Assembly (NCBI GenBank): GCA_027366125.1
Contig: DAHXKZ010000379.1
Coordinates: 1-46,449 of the forward strand
Length of the DNA: 46,449 nucleotides
Direction of reading: 5' to 3'
From: Phycisphaerales bacterium
GTDB lineage: Bacteria; Planctomycetota; Phycisphaerae; WQYP01
In this document: piece after piece, positions 9,291-19,427 of the stretch
Layout: each line of letters starts with the position of its first letter
Position numbering within the stretch: position 1 is the first letter of the stretch
Notes under the pieces: generated by a model
Seen by the model: only the letters and a program-made list of their open reading frames with translations
What the model was told of the DNA's origin: nothing
Database searches by the model: none
Made by a program: the position numbers and the translations under genes

Positions 9291-10745
9291 ATGGTAAAAA
9301 AAATATTAAACTGGTTTGAAGACCGCACGGGCGTGGCCGCGGCGGTGTGGCCTATGCTCACACACCCGATACCCAAGGGCACGGGATGGTCATACACCCT
9401 GGGCAGCGCCACTCTGGCGGCCTTCATTGTGCAGGTAATCACGGGCACGGCGTTGGCGTTGGCTTACGTGCCGTCCACGTCGCAGGCCTATCTTTCGTTA
9501 AAATTCATCACCCATACGGCGCCGTTTGGCGACATTCTGCGCGGCATGCATTATTGGGGCGCATCAATGATGATGGTGCTCATCGGCATGCACATGGCGC
9601 AGGTGTTCTTGTATGGGGCGTACAAATATCCGCGTGAAATGAACTGGCTGTCCGGGTCCGCCCTGTTGTTGCTCACGGTGGGCATGGCTTTCACCGGGCA
9701 ACTTTTGCGGTGGGACCAAAACGCGGTCTGGGCGGTGGTGGTGGCGGCCGAACAGGCGGGCCGGACGCCGTTTATTGGTAAGATGCTCGCCCACTTTATT
9801 CTGGCCGGCGACACGGTGGGCGGGGCCACGCTCAACCGCTTTTTTGCAATCCATGTGTTCTTTATTCCGGGCCTTATCTTTGGCGGAATCGCGCTGCATT
9901 TGTTCCTGGTGCTGCGGAATGGAATTTCCGAACCGCCGTTCCCCGGCCTGCCTGCCGAGAAAAAGACGTATCGGCAGCGTTATGAGGCGATGATTCATAA
10001 GAATGGCGAACCGTTTTTTCCCGATGCCGCCTGGCGGGACGCCGTCATGGGGCTGGTGGTGGTGCTGGCCATCTTTTTGTTGGCCCTGATCTTTGGCCCC
10101 GCGCACCTGGCCAAGCCGCCCAATCCGGCCATCATTCACGCCGAGCCCGTGCCGGACTGGTATTTTCTCTGGTACTTCGGCATTCTGGCCATTTTGCCCC
10201 ATAACTCCGAACAATATTTTATTATCGCGGCGCCCATGATCTGGGGCTTTCTGCTCATTGGCCTGCCCTTTGTGTTCCCCACCGGCTCCCGCGACCCAGC
10301 CAAGCGGCCGTGGGCTTTCGCCGTGGTCATCGCCGCGTGGACCATCATCATTGTGTTCTGGATGGACGCCAAAAAGCACTGGTGGGTGCCGGACTTTCAC
10401 CCCAAGCCGCTGGCGGCCAATATCCTGGAAAGCAAGTCGAAAGTTGTGGCGTTGGGCGCGCGTTACTTTCAAACCAAGGGCTGTCTTTATTGCCACCGTA
10501 TGGGCCACGACGGCGGCATCCGCGGCCCCAACCTCACCTACGTGGGTGACCGTCTGAACAACGCCGAACTCATGGCCCGTATCATGATGGGCGGTTACAA
10601 CATGCCGGCATTCTCGAAGATTTTGAAACCCAGTCAGGCCGATGCGCTGGTGACGTTCCTGCATTCGCGCCGACATTTTTATAATAACCGTCCGATGATC
10701 CCCAAAAACGCGCACACGGCAAAGCGGGTGGCCAACTCGCCATAA
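9291..10745 (+). CDS. qcrB: Cytochrome b (b6 + subunit IV unsplit) with fused C-terminal cytochrome c
   Basis: RGMHYWGAS..H, FAIH..LH heme ligands, PDWY Qo motif, CLYCH and MPAF in the C-terminal domain. Confidence 0.95.
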   Translation: MVKKILNWFEDRTGVAAAVWPMLTHPIPKGTGWSYTLGSATLAAFIVQVITGTALALAYVPSTSQAYLSLKFITHTAPFGDILRGMHYWGASMMMVLIGMHMAQVFLYGAYKYPREMNWLSGSALLLLTVGMAFTGQLLRWDQNAVWAVVVAAEQAGRTPFIGKMLAHFILAGDTVGGATLNRFFAIHVFFIPGLIFGGIALHLFLVLRNGISEPPFPGLPAEKKTYRQRYEAMIHKNGEPFFPDAAWRDAVMGLVVVLAIFLLALIFGPAHLAKPPNPAIIHAEPVPDWYFLWYFGILAILPHNSEQYFIIAAPMIWGFLLIGLPFVFPTGSRDPAKRPWAFAVVIAAWTIIIVFWMDAKKHWWVPDFHPKPLAANILESKSKVVALGARYFQTKGCLYCHRMGHDGGIRGPNLTYVGDRLNNAELMARIMMGGYNMPAFSKILKPSQADALVTFLHSRRHFYNNRPMIPKNAHTAKRVANSP

Positions 10746-11011
10746 CCGATGCATCGCAAAACCCAGTCGCATGGAAAAGGCTTCCCACGGTTGGGCGGCG
10801 CCGTGTCGGCAGGCCCGCCGGCTGGCGGTGGCCACGGCGCGCAGAAAAACGCCAGGGCGTCTGCACGGAGGCAAACGTGCATGCGCGGCGCGTTTCAGCG
10901 TTTGCTTTCGCCGGTCGCGGCCGTCCCGCCGGGCACTGGATGGCAAAGTTTTTGCCACCCGGTCGCGGCGCGCGACGATGGGACGGCCCCGGGAGACGGG
11001 TGCTTTATTTC

Positions 11012-11536
11012 TTAAAAATTGCGGCAGTCGACGTCGCAGTTCCTGGTGATCACCGGGCTGTGCGGGGGTTTTACCGCCAGGCTGATGCGGTACAGGGTGG
11101 GGTTGGTTTGCAGCAACGTCACGGCGAATGTCTGCACATTGTTGGCGAGGGCCAGCGGGGTGGAACCGTACAGCGTGTTGGTTTCGGTCAGTTGGCCGCC
11201 GCTGTTCACAGAATATTCCAACGTGTCGGGCTGGTTGTTGTTGTTGGGGTCATTCTCGGTTTTTAGATACAGCTGATTCGGCGCCGGAGCCTGGGCCCAG
11301 GAGGCACTGCGCAGGTTTTCGATCATGCGGTCCATGGCCAGATCGGCTTGCGACGCCGCGCCGGTGGCGGAGGCCACATAGTTGTTCGTATTCAGGGTGC
11401 TGTACATCAATGATCCTGCGGCGGAGGCCACCAGCGCAAAGATGACCAACGAAAGCATCAGTTCCACGAGCGTGAAGGCGCCGGCCCGGCGGGGGCGGCC
11501 TGTTAAACAAGGTTGATATGTTTGTCTGTTGTTCAT
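11012..11536 (-). CDS. Prepilin-type N-methylation protein (GspJ/PilW-like minor pseudopilin)
   Basis: RRAGA-FTLVELMLSLVI class III signal; ATGA overlap with the upstream gene. Confidence 0.85.
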   Translation of the reverse strand: MNNRQTYQPCLTGRPRRAGAFTLVELMLSLVIFALVASAAGSLMYSTLNTNNYVASATGAASQADLAMDRMIENLRSASWAQAPAPNQLYLKTENDPNNNNQPDTLEYSVNSGGQLTETNTLYGSTPLALANNVQTFAVTLLQTNPTLYRISLAVKPPHSPVITRNCDVDCRNF

Positions 11537-11940
11537 GGGTTGGTCACCAACGTATAAAGCGATTGGCCGCCAATCTGCACCTGGACAAGCTTAAAATTCG
11601 GTTGTGGGTTGCTGCCGCCATTGGGGTCGGCCAGCGAAATATTGACCGTCCGGGGATACACCGTGCCGCCGATGGTTACGGTGTCGCTGAGGGTGGAAGG
11701 GGATCCGACGGTTAAATTGGCAAATTTTTGAGCCTCAAGATATTCCATTTTGCTTTTTAGCGCCGTGTCAATGCTTAAATTGGTGTTATTGACGGCGGGG
11801 GCCTTGATTGCGGCCATGAGAATGGCGCCCGTGGCCGTGGCGACGATGGCCAGCACCACCACCAACAGCATGGCTTCGATGAGCGTAAAGCCGCGCCGTC
11901 GTCGGCGGATGGCGGAAATTTTGCGGACTGTGCGGGGCAT
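11533..11940 (-). CDS. Prepilin-type N-methylation protein (GspI/PilV-like)
   Basis: RRRRRG-FTLIEAMLLVV; GGAG RBS before ATG 11940. Confidence 0.85.
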   Translation of the reverse strand: MPRTVRKISAIRRRRRGFTLIEAMLLVVVLAIVATATGAILMAAIKAPAVNNTNLSIDTALKSKMEYLEAQKFANLTVGSPSTLSDTVTIGGTVYPRTVNISLADPNGGSNPQPNFKLVQVQIGGQSLYTLVTNP

Positions 11941-11999
11941 TGCGATCTCCGTGGTTATGGCGTTGCATGGGGCGCAACAGGCCCCGGCACTATTTCCCA

Positions 12000-12536
12000 T
12001 TAATAAGGATCGCCCAGTGCTGGGATGGTAACAGTTTTAGTATAGCCATGGCAGTTAAGTTGAACGTACACCGGCAATGAATCGGTGGGGGCGTCGGCCA
12101 AGTTGCCCAGGGGGGCGAACATGCAGTCATAAGCGGGGCCGGCGCCGGCGTTCTGCACCGCGGAGATAACCACGCCGGCGCTGTTGGATGTCTGCGGAAA
12201 ATTGATGATATATTTTCCGGACGCAAACAGGCCGCTGTTGGCCGGCGTGTACGCACTGGTGTCATAACAGGTCACGGTGTCGCTGGCGGTATCAAACTGC
12301 ACGCCGCAGGGCTGGCCGGTGCTCATGGCCAGGGCGCGGGCATAACGCACGGCGCCGATAATCTGTTGCGCGGCGCTGCTAAGTTGCTGTTGGTCGCAGT
12401 CGCTGGAGACATTAAAGATGACCATGGCGGAGATCAGTTGGATGATCAACACCACCAGCAGCATTTCGATGAGCGTGTAGGCGCGGATTGTTCGGCGTTT
12501 TCGCGACGGGGTGTGGCATGTTCTCTCTGTGGCCAT
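12000..12536 (-). CDS. Prepilin-type N-methylation protein (GspH/FimT-like)
   Basis: RA-YTLIEMLLVV, AVRYARALAM, FAPLGN. Confidence 0.85.
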   Translation of the reverse strand: MATERTCHTPSRKRRTIRAYTLIEMLLVVLIIQLISAMVIFNVSSDCDQQQLSSAAQQIIGAVRYARALAMSTGQPCGVQFDTASDTVTCYDTSAYTPANSGLFASGKYIINFPQTSNSAGVVISAVQNAGAGPAYDCMFAPLGNLADAPTDSLPVYVQLNCHGYTKTVTIPALGDPY

Positions 12537-12690
12537 GGCAGTGATTTCCAAGGCGCCCTCCAACAAAGTGTATCGGTGCCGGAAGGGTGTGGCTTTAGGT
12601 TCGCGGCAGGCCGGCCATGGAACCGACGAGGAGGTATCTGAGGCGTTGGTCCGCTTTGTCGATTGCGCGGTCCGTGGTAACGTAGCGGCG

Positions 12691-14466
12691 ATGACTTCTT
12701 TAGAAACGCCACCGGCATTGCAAACACACCAGACCTGGGTCCGCCGCCGCTGGGCGGTGTTGGTCTCCATGGGCCTGCTGGTGCTCAACCTCGTTGCCAA
12801 CACGGTCTATCTGTTCAACCATTGCCCGCTGGATTTATCGGAAGATGAATCGCATTACTGGGAATGGTCGCGGCATCTGGCCATGGGGTATTACTCGAAA
12901 GGTCCGGGAATCGCGTGGATTATCGCGGCGGCCACGGCGACGGCGCGGATGTTTGGGCAGGTGTACGCCACGATGCCGGTGGTGCGCATGCCGGCAGTCA
13001 TTTTTTCCTGCATCAGCGGCCTGGCGAGTTTCCTGCTGGCCCGTCGCATATTTCGGGACGACCGCGCGGGGTTAATGTCACTGGTGCTCTCCGGCGCCGT
13101 GCCGATGTTTGCCGTCGGCAGTTTGTTTATTACCATTGATTCGCCAATGTACTGCGGATGGGCCCTGGCGGTGTGGGCACTGTGGTTGGCGGTGGAACCG
13201 GAGACGGGCCAGGGGGGCGCCGCTGCGGGGGCGGCAGCGCCTGGCGATGCCGGGCCGCATCGTTCACACCGGCAGCGCATTGCGTGGCTGTACGCCGCGG
13301 GATTGTTCACCGGTCTGGGCATGCTCTGCAAGCCGGTGCTGATCGTGCTGCCGATCTGTGCCCTCATTGCGGCATGGTACAACCAGGATATTCGGCGGCG
13401 GCTTAAGACGTGGCACAGCGCCGGCAGTACCCTGCTGGCGTTGGCGCTGCAAACGCCGGTGTTCATTTGGAACGCAGAACACCATTGGGTGATGTTTCGG
13501 CACATCGGGGGGGAAGGCGGCATGGAAGGGAAGGTTGATCTTCTGCACCGCCTGGCGGGGGCGCCGCTTCGGTTGTTAAGTTATCTGGGCGGGCAGGCGG
13601 GGGGCATGGGGGGCGTCATGTTCGTGCTGCTGGTCATCGCCACGGTGCAGGTGATTCTGCGCCTGCGCCGCGGGCAGCAGCGGGATCTGGCGGCCGGCTG
13701 GGTTTATTTGCTGGCCATGGCGTTGCCACTGTGGCTGTTTTATGCGGCGCTGAGTTTATGGACGAAAGTTGAAGTGAACTGGCCGGCGGCGGCCTATTTT
13801 TCGGGCATGATTTTACTGGCGGGGGTGGCCACGGAGGCCTGGAATCAAGCCGATCCCAAAGGGCGCAAAGTCAGCCGGCGTTGGTTTGTCTTTGCCGTGG
13901 CGTGGGGGTTTGCCTTGGTGGTGCTGGCGGAGAATTTCCAATTGGTCTTTTATCCGCTCATGGCGCGGATTGATCCGCTGGGTAAAAAGTTCCCGGCGGA
14001 GCGTTTTGACATTGCCTACCGTGTGCGCGGGCTACGGGAACGGGCCGACGCGATTCAAAAGGTGCGCCTGAGCATGGCGCGGCCGGGCCAGCCCCTGCCG
14101 CTGGTAATCTCGGGGCGGTATGACACCAGCAGTTCCCTGGCATTTTATTTGCCGAAACAGCCGTTTGTTTATTGCATTATGTCGCAGACCGGCGGGCGCG
14201 AAAGCCAGTACAATTTCTGGCCGGGGTTAAACCAGAAAACGCGCACCGGCAAGCTGCGCTTCGCGGGACGCAACGCCGTGCTGACCGGCTCGTTTACCAC
14301 GCGGGCGTTTGATGAAGTGATTCGTCCGGCGTTTCAGCACATCGCGGTGATCCAGGTGATTCCACTGGTGTATCACGGCGTGGTGATCCGGCGTTTGAAC
14401 GTGTGGCGGTGTTATGGGTTCAAAGGACTGCCGCATGTGGATTTGGGGCACAAGTTAAAGTTTTAA
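12691..14466 (+). CDS. GT-C fold glycosyltransferase, family 39/83 (PMT-2/ArnT-like)
   Basis: LSEDESHYWEWSRHLAMGYYSKGP, ITIDSP, GMLCK, NWPAAAY; multiple TM helices. Confidence 0.9.
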   Translation: MTSLETPPALQTHQTWVRRRWAVLVSMGLLVLNLVANTVYLFNHCPLDLSEDESHYWEWSRHLAMGYYSKGPGIAWIIAAATATARMFGQVYATMPVVRMPAVIFSCISGLASFLLARRIFRDDRAGLMSLVLSGAVPMFAVGSLFITIDSPMYCGWALAVWALWLAVEPETGQGGAAAGAAAPGDAGPHRSHRQRIAWLYAAGLFTGLGMLCKPVLIVLPICALIAAWYNQDIRRRLKTWHSAGSTLLALALQTPVFIWNAEHHWVMFRHIGGEGGMEGKVDLLHRLAGAPLRLLSYLGGQAGGMGGVMFVLLVIATVQVILRLRRGQQRDLAAGWVYLLAMALPLWLFYAALSLWTKVEVNWPAAAYFSGMILLAGVATEAWNQADPKGRKVSRRWFVFAVAWGFALVVLAENFQLVFYPLMARIDPLGKKFPAERFDIAYRVRGLRERADAIQKVRLSMARPGQPLPLVISGRYDTSSSLAFYLPKQPFVYCIMSQTGGRESQYNFWPGLNQKTRTGKLRFAGRNAVLTGSFTTRAFDEVIRPAFQHIAVIQVIPLVYHGVVIRRLNVWRCYGFKGLPHVDLGHKLKF

Positions 14467-14746
14467 GGGGCAGGGGCGCCTGCCGCGTGGATGCCTGCGC
14501 TGACGCCGGCTTGTCAATAAACCGCGCACCAGCCCCATCATTAATGGTGGGGCTTGAGACGGCGGGACGGACGAGAGTGGCGTGAGAACAGTTTTTCGGG
14601 GCCTCGCGCCGAGAGCCGCCGGTGCGGCGCCATACATCCGGGCAAAAATGCGTCATCGGCGCGTCGGCGTCCTTTATTTTCCTTTTCCGGCCCCGCGTGG
14701 GTACAATCAGGGCGTGTACAAGAATGGCGCGCATGCATAAGGTGCC

Positions 14747-15073
14747 GTGAACTTTTCCGTACTGGCGTTGACAATGTCGCATCAGGTCCAGCAATGGATC
14801 ATGTGGTTTGGAATCCTTTTGGCCGTGCTGATGCTGGGGTTGGCTGGCATTGGCGTGTTGCGCCGGCGCTTGCGCGAGGATGACGATCAGTCCGGCAGCA
14901 TCGGCTTTTCGCTGGATCAACTGGAGACGTTGCGCCAGACGGGCGAACTTACCGAGCAGGAATACCAGATCGCCCGGAACAAATTCCTGTCGAGCCATCG
15001 GTATTTGCAGCCCCCCGCCGCGGCCAAGGGCAAGCGGCCGGACGGGCAGTCTCAGGCAAATAGTTCAGCTTGA
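14747..15073 (+). CDS. Small membrane protein with SHOCT domain (start may be ATG 14774)
   Basis: One TM helix then FSLDQLETLRQTGELTEQEYQIAR. Confidence 0.75.
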   Translation: MNFSVLALTMSHQVQQWIMWFGILLAVLMLGLAGIGVLRRRLREDDDQSGSIGFSLDQLETLRQTGELTEQEYQIARNKFLSSHRYLQPPAAAKGKRPDGQSQANSSA

Positions 15074-15203
15074 TTGGACGTTGCCGCCGAGAAATACTAG
15101 GATAGGGATAGCGATGCACCGCCGCGCCTCTGGAACGGGCGTGACGGGCAATCTTTAGGCGTAGTACAACCTCTTCATCGTGGCTTTTATTGGACCTCTC
15201 GGA

Positions 15204-16544
15204 ATGGCGAATCAATCGGGAAATGGTGGAAACGGACCCAGCGGCCCGAACGTGGGCGGGGGCCAGGCGGCGGGTGGAGCAGGCTTTCGCGGCCGCAAGG
15301 TCACGAATTGCTCCTTTTGCGGAAAATCCAGCCGTGAAGTCGGCCCCATGGTCGAAGGCCCCAACGATATTTACATTTGCTCTAACTGCACGGAACTGTG
15401 CCAGAACATCTTCCGGCAGGAAAAGCGGAAAGTCAGCGGCAGTCGCCCCATGTTTGGCCAGATTCCGGCCCCGCGGCAACTCAAGGAATTCATGGACCAG
15501 TACGTCATCGGGCAGGATGCGGCGAAACGCGCCATGTCCGTCGCGGTCCATAATCACTACAAGCGGCTTACGCACGCCGATACCGGTGCGGCGGATGACA
15601 TTGAAATTGACAAGAGCAACGTACTGCTGATCGGGCCAACGGGCTCTGGCAAAACGTTGCTGGCAAAAACTTTGGCCCGCTGCCTGAACGTCCCGTTCGC
15701 CATCGGCGACGCCACCACGCTCACGGAAGCCGGCTACGTCGGGGAAGACGTCGAGAATTTACTGTTAAAGCTGCTGCAGAACGCCGATTACGACCTTGAA
15801 GCGGCCCAGCGCGGCATTATTTACATTGACGAAATCGACAAAATCGGCAAAACGAACATGAACGTGTCGATCACGCGCGACGTGTCGGGCGAAGGCGTGC
15901 AGCAGGCGTTGCTGAAGATGCTGGAAGGCACGCTGGCCAATGTGCCGCCGCAGGGCGGGCGCAAGCATCCCGAGCAGCAATATATTCAGGTCGATACCAG
16001 CAATATCCTATTTATCTGCGGCGGCACATTCGTCGGGCTGGATCAGATTATCAGCAAACGTCTGGGCCGCAAGATGATCGGCTTCAACACCGAAGTGGAA
16101 GTAGGGGCCTATTCGGTGGAGGACAAAGGCGTGGTGCTGGCCAAGGTCATTCCCGATGACTTAATAGAATTCGGCATGATTCCTGAATTTGTCGGTCGGC
16201 TTCCCGTGGTGGCCACGCTGGCGCCGCTGACGCAGAAGGCGATGATCCAGATTCTCACCGAGCCCAAGAACGCCTTGGTGAAGCAGTACCAGAAGTTCTT
16301 CCAAATGGAAGGCTGCCAGTTGGAATTCACCACTGAAGCTTTACGCCTGGTGGCGGACAAGGCACTGAAGCGCGACACCGGCGCCCGGGCCCTGCGCAGC
16401 GTGATGGAAGAGCTGATGCTCGAGCTTATGTACCAGTTGCCGGACTTGCGGGAGCGCGGCAAGTATGTGATTACCGAAGAAATCGTGCGTGGCGAGGCGG
16501 CGTTGTTTGACCGCAAGCCCATTCCGATCAAGGAAAGCGCGTGA
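15204..16544 (+). CDS. clpX: ATP-dependent Clp protease ATP-binding subunit
   Basis: CSFCGK..CSNC zinc domain, [28 protein letters not shown] loop. Confidence 0.98.
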   Translation: MANQSGNGGNGPSGPNVGGGQAAGGAGFRGRKVTNCSFCGKSSREVGPMVEGPNDIYICSNCTELCQNIFRQEKRKVSGSRPMFGQIPAPRQLKEFMDQYVIGQDAAKRAMSVAVHNHYKRLTHADTGAADDIEIDKSNVLLIGPTGSGKTLLAKTLARCLNVPFAIGDATTLTEAGYVGEDVENLLLKLLQNADYDLEAAQRGIIYIDEIDKIGKTNMNVSITRDVSGEGVQQALLKMLEGTLANVPPQGGRKHPEQQYIQVDTSNILFICGGTFVGLDQIISKRLGRKMIGFNTEVEVGAYSVEDKGVVLAKVIPDDLIEFGMIPEFVGRLPVVATLAPLTQKAMIQILTEPKNALVKQYQKFFQMEGCQLEFTTEALRLVADKALKRDTGARALRSVMEELMLELMYQLPDLRERGKYVITEEIVRGEAALFDRKPIPIKESA

Positions 16545-17016
16545 ACCGGCGGAACTGCGGTCGTTATAACCGCGGCCACGGCGAAAGGCGTTGATCCGCT
16601 GCGCCCACGCGCCTCGGCGCCGTGATGCGCGTGGGCGGCGTTCGCGTCGCCGTAGCAACCACGATGCTGGGCGACGGCGCCCATCCCTACACTTACCCTG
16701 TGTTTGCGCATTTTTTTTGAACGAAATTCGCGGTACATCCGTTGTTAATGCAGGGCGTGGCGCAATACGGGTACGGCGGGCAGGGCCCGCCATCATCGCA
16801 CCCTTGCGGCCATGCGGGCTATCGTTGTACCGTGACTGACGTTAAACACCTTGCTGCAGGCTGGTCCATGGATGGACATACTATTGCTGGGTCTTTCCAG
16901 ACCCTTCCTACCGGACTTCCCCGCAGGCAGTTCGCCCGGATTATCCCCCCGGATTATCCCCAAGGTTTCCGGCCGGCTTTTTTTACCGGCAACTTCGCGA
17001 CGCCTGAGGATATTCT

Positions 17017-19056
17017 GTGCCCATTGGTGTGAGCAATTTAGACGCGGCGGAATCGGGAAAGGCCCCCCGGGCGGGGGCTGGCGCCACCGGCGGCTCTTTG
17101 GACCCCGGTCCTCTGGGCCACGGTTCGCCGCCGGCGGTGGGCATTCGGTCGATTCTGGTGGGCTGCCTGTTGGTGGGGTTCATCGCGGCGTTCACGCCGT
17201 ACAACGACTATGTCGCCAAGAACACATTTTTTATTGGAAATTATTTCCCCGCCGGAATCATCAGCATCATGGCCGCGCTGGTATTGGCGGTAAATCCTCT
17301 GCTGACGCGCCTCCGGCGCCGGCCTTTTTCCACCGGCGAATTGATTGTGATGCTGGCCATGATGTTCGTCGCGGCGGCGGCGCCCTCCAGCGGGCTGCTG
17401 CGCTACTTCGAGCCCATGCTCATCTCGCCGTACCACTATGTTGAACGTTACCCCTGGCTTAAGAGCGTCACGGCGTTGATACCGCCGGCGTTGGCGCCCG
17501 CGCATCGCGCCCATTCGGCGGTGGTTCGCGATTATTTTTTTCCCGGCGAAAGCGGGCGCGTCCACACGCCGTGGCGGCCCTTTCTGCTGCCCGCGGCGCT
17601 GTGGGGAATCTTGATCGCCGCGGTGTTCGGCGCCATGATGTTTCTGGCCGCCATTTTTCGGCGGCAGTGGGTGCAGCATGAGCGGCTGGGGTATCCGCTG
17701 GCCACCATTCCACTGGAACTCATGCAGGCGCCGGAGCCCGGACGCTGCTACAACGCGCTGTGGCGCAACCCGGTGCTGTGGGCGGGCGCGGCCATTCCAA
17801 TATTTGTTTATTTATTGGGAGGCCTGCACGCCTATTTTCACGCCGTACCGCACGTGAAACTTTCCTTCAGCTTCACCAGCGCGTTCGGACAGGCCCCGTG
17901 GAACCATTTGCCCGGGTATTTAACCAGCAATCGCATCTTTTTTTCGGCCGTGGGCATCTCGTTTTTCGTCCCCTCTGAAGTGGCGTTTAGCCTCTGGTTT
18001 TTCCTGGTTATTAATGGCCTGGCATCCGTGGCGCTGGCCAGCCGCGGGATCGATCCCCGGCCCATGATGCCCGTGCGGTCCATCGGCATGTATCTGGCCT
18101 ATTTTGCGGGCATCGTCTGGTTGGCCCGCGAGCATCTGGCCTCCGTGGCGAAAGCCGCCTGGAGAAACGCCCCGCGAGATCCCGATGAATTTATAAGTTG
18201 CCGCGTCATGGTCGGCGGTTTGCTGATCTGCCTGCTGGTGGCCGGGATATGGATGACGCTCGCCGGCGTACAGGCGTGGGTGGCGGGCCTGATTGTACTC
18301 CTGGGCATCGTACTGGTGACGCTGATGGCCCGGGTGGTCGCCGAGACGGGCATCATGTTCATCGGCACGACGTGGTGGCCGTCGATGTTCCTGAATTTTT
18401 TGCTGGGTCCGCGTTTCGTGGACATGGCCAGTTATTATTTTTCATCGGTTACGTCGCATATTTTCTTTTATGATTTGCGTGAAAACTTAATGCCCTTCGC
18501 CACCGACGCCCTGCGGCTGGGCACCGATATAGAGCCTGCACAACGCCCCAAACTGTTCCGCTGGATGATCGGCGCCCTGGTCCTGAGCGTGCTGATTTCC
18601 GGCGTGACGCAACACATCCTGGCGTATCATTACGGCCGGGCGACCATGGACAGTTGGTCGGCGCGCACCGTGCCCATCGTCACGCTTACGCACACGTATG
18701 CCTTTAGCAATTCGGGCGCGCCGCGGTCATTGCCGCTGGCGTGGTGGAATCTGGGCTTGGGCGCCTTGGTGGTGCTGGCAGTGGCGGGCGGGCGGCTGCT
18801 GTTTGCGTGGTGGCCCTTTAGTCCGGTGGGCTTGTTGCTCATGCACACCTGGCCGCTGCACACGTTTTGGTTTTCGATATTCTTAGGCTGGCTGTTCAAG
18901 CAACTGCTGCTGCGCTATGGCGGGGCGGGGGCGTTCCGCCGGGCCCGGCCATTTTTTATTGGTTTAATTGTGGGGGAAACGCTTTCGGCGGGATTATGGA
19001 TGTTCATCGGTCTGGCCGTGGGCGGCATGGTGCATTATCAATTGTTGCCGGGGTAA
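17017..19056 (+). CDS. DUF6785/DUF6784-like polytopic membrane protein, putative transporter
   Basis: PYNDY, ELIV, FRRQWVQHERLGYPL, RVVAETG, WWPFSPVG, LLRYGG...RPFFIGLIVGE; many TM helices. Start uncertain (17017 or 17029). Confidence 0.75.
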   Translation: MPIGVSNLDAAESGKAPRAGAGATGGSLDPGPLGHGSPPAVGIRSILVGCLLVGFIAAFTPYNDYVAKNTFFIGNYFPAGIISIMAALVLAVNPLLTRLRRRPFSTGELIVMLAMMFVAAAAPSSGLLRYFEPMLISPYHYVERYPWLKSVTALIPPALAPAHRAHSAVVRDYFFPGESGRVHTPWRPFLLPAALWGILIAAVFGAMMFLAAIFRRQWVQHERLGYPLATIPLELMQAPEPGRCYNALWRNPVLWAGAAIPIFVYLLGGLHAYFHAVPHVKLSFSFTSAFGQAPWNHLPGYLTSNRIFFSAVGISFFVPSEVAFSLWFFLVINGLASVALASRGIDPRPMMPVRSIGMYLAYFAGIVWLAREHLASVAKAAWRNAPRDPDEFISCRVMVGGLLICLLVAGIWMTLAGVQAWVAGLIVLLGIVLVTLMARVVAETGIMFIGTTWWPSMFLNFLLGPRFVDMASYYFSSVTSHIFFYDLRENLMPFATDALRLGTDIEPAQRPKLFRWMIGALVLSVLISGVTQHILAYHYGRATMDSWSARTVPIVTLTHTYAFSNSGAPRSLPLAWWNLGLGALVVLAVAGGRLLFAWWPFSPVGLLLMHTWPLHTFWFSIFLGWLFKQLLLRYGGAGAFRRARPFFIGLIVGETLSAGLWMFIGLAVGGMVHYQLLPG

Positions 19057-19166
19057 TCCATCCACGATCGACGTCGCCTACATATCGAAAACGACATACA
19101 AAATCGGTTCGCATGCACAGCGTGCGGCGGGACCGGTTCGGAGAAATTGAGCGTCCCGTCGTCCCC

Positions 19167-19268
19167 ATCCGCGTGATCCGCGTAATCAGCGGTTTATTAA
19201 TTGGAGCCGCCACCGCCGCGGCACAACGACGGCCAAGGGAACCGCGGATGACGCGGATGAACGCGGAT
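19167..19268. repeat. REP-like imperfect inverted repeat built of ACGCGGAT units
   Basis: ATCCGCGTGATCCGCGTAATCAGCGGTT (19167-19194) versus AACCGCGGATGACGCGGATGAACGCGGAT (19240-19268). Further partial copies near 19388-19429 and 19861-19875. Confidence 0.75.
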
Positions 19269-19427
19269 ACGACGGAAAGAAGTAATGGCGGTTGGCAAGA
19301 GAAGCATCGGGGCGCGGCATCCATTTTGGTTTTGGAATGTTATGATGTGATTATTTTATCGGAGGGATTGGGCGCTCCGTCGTCCCTATCCGCGTGAATC
19401 AGGGGGCGCCCTCCGGGCCATCAGCGG

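Noticed and set aside
9564-10958. 464-aa minus-strand ORF, and similar long antisense ORFs at 42137-43492, 28501-29580 and 24419-25426
   Set aside because: They are shadows of well-supported genes on the opposite strand, as expected in GC-rich DNA, and show no family motifs.
12511-12803. Apparent head-to-head overlap of the pseudopilin and glycosyltransferase ORFs
   Set aside because: It disappears with the more plausible starts at 12536 (-) and 12691 (+).
16935-16960. 13-bp tandem duplication CCCGGATTATCCC
   Set aside because: Only two copies and no further context; most likely slippage.
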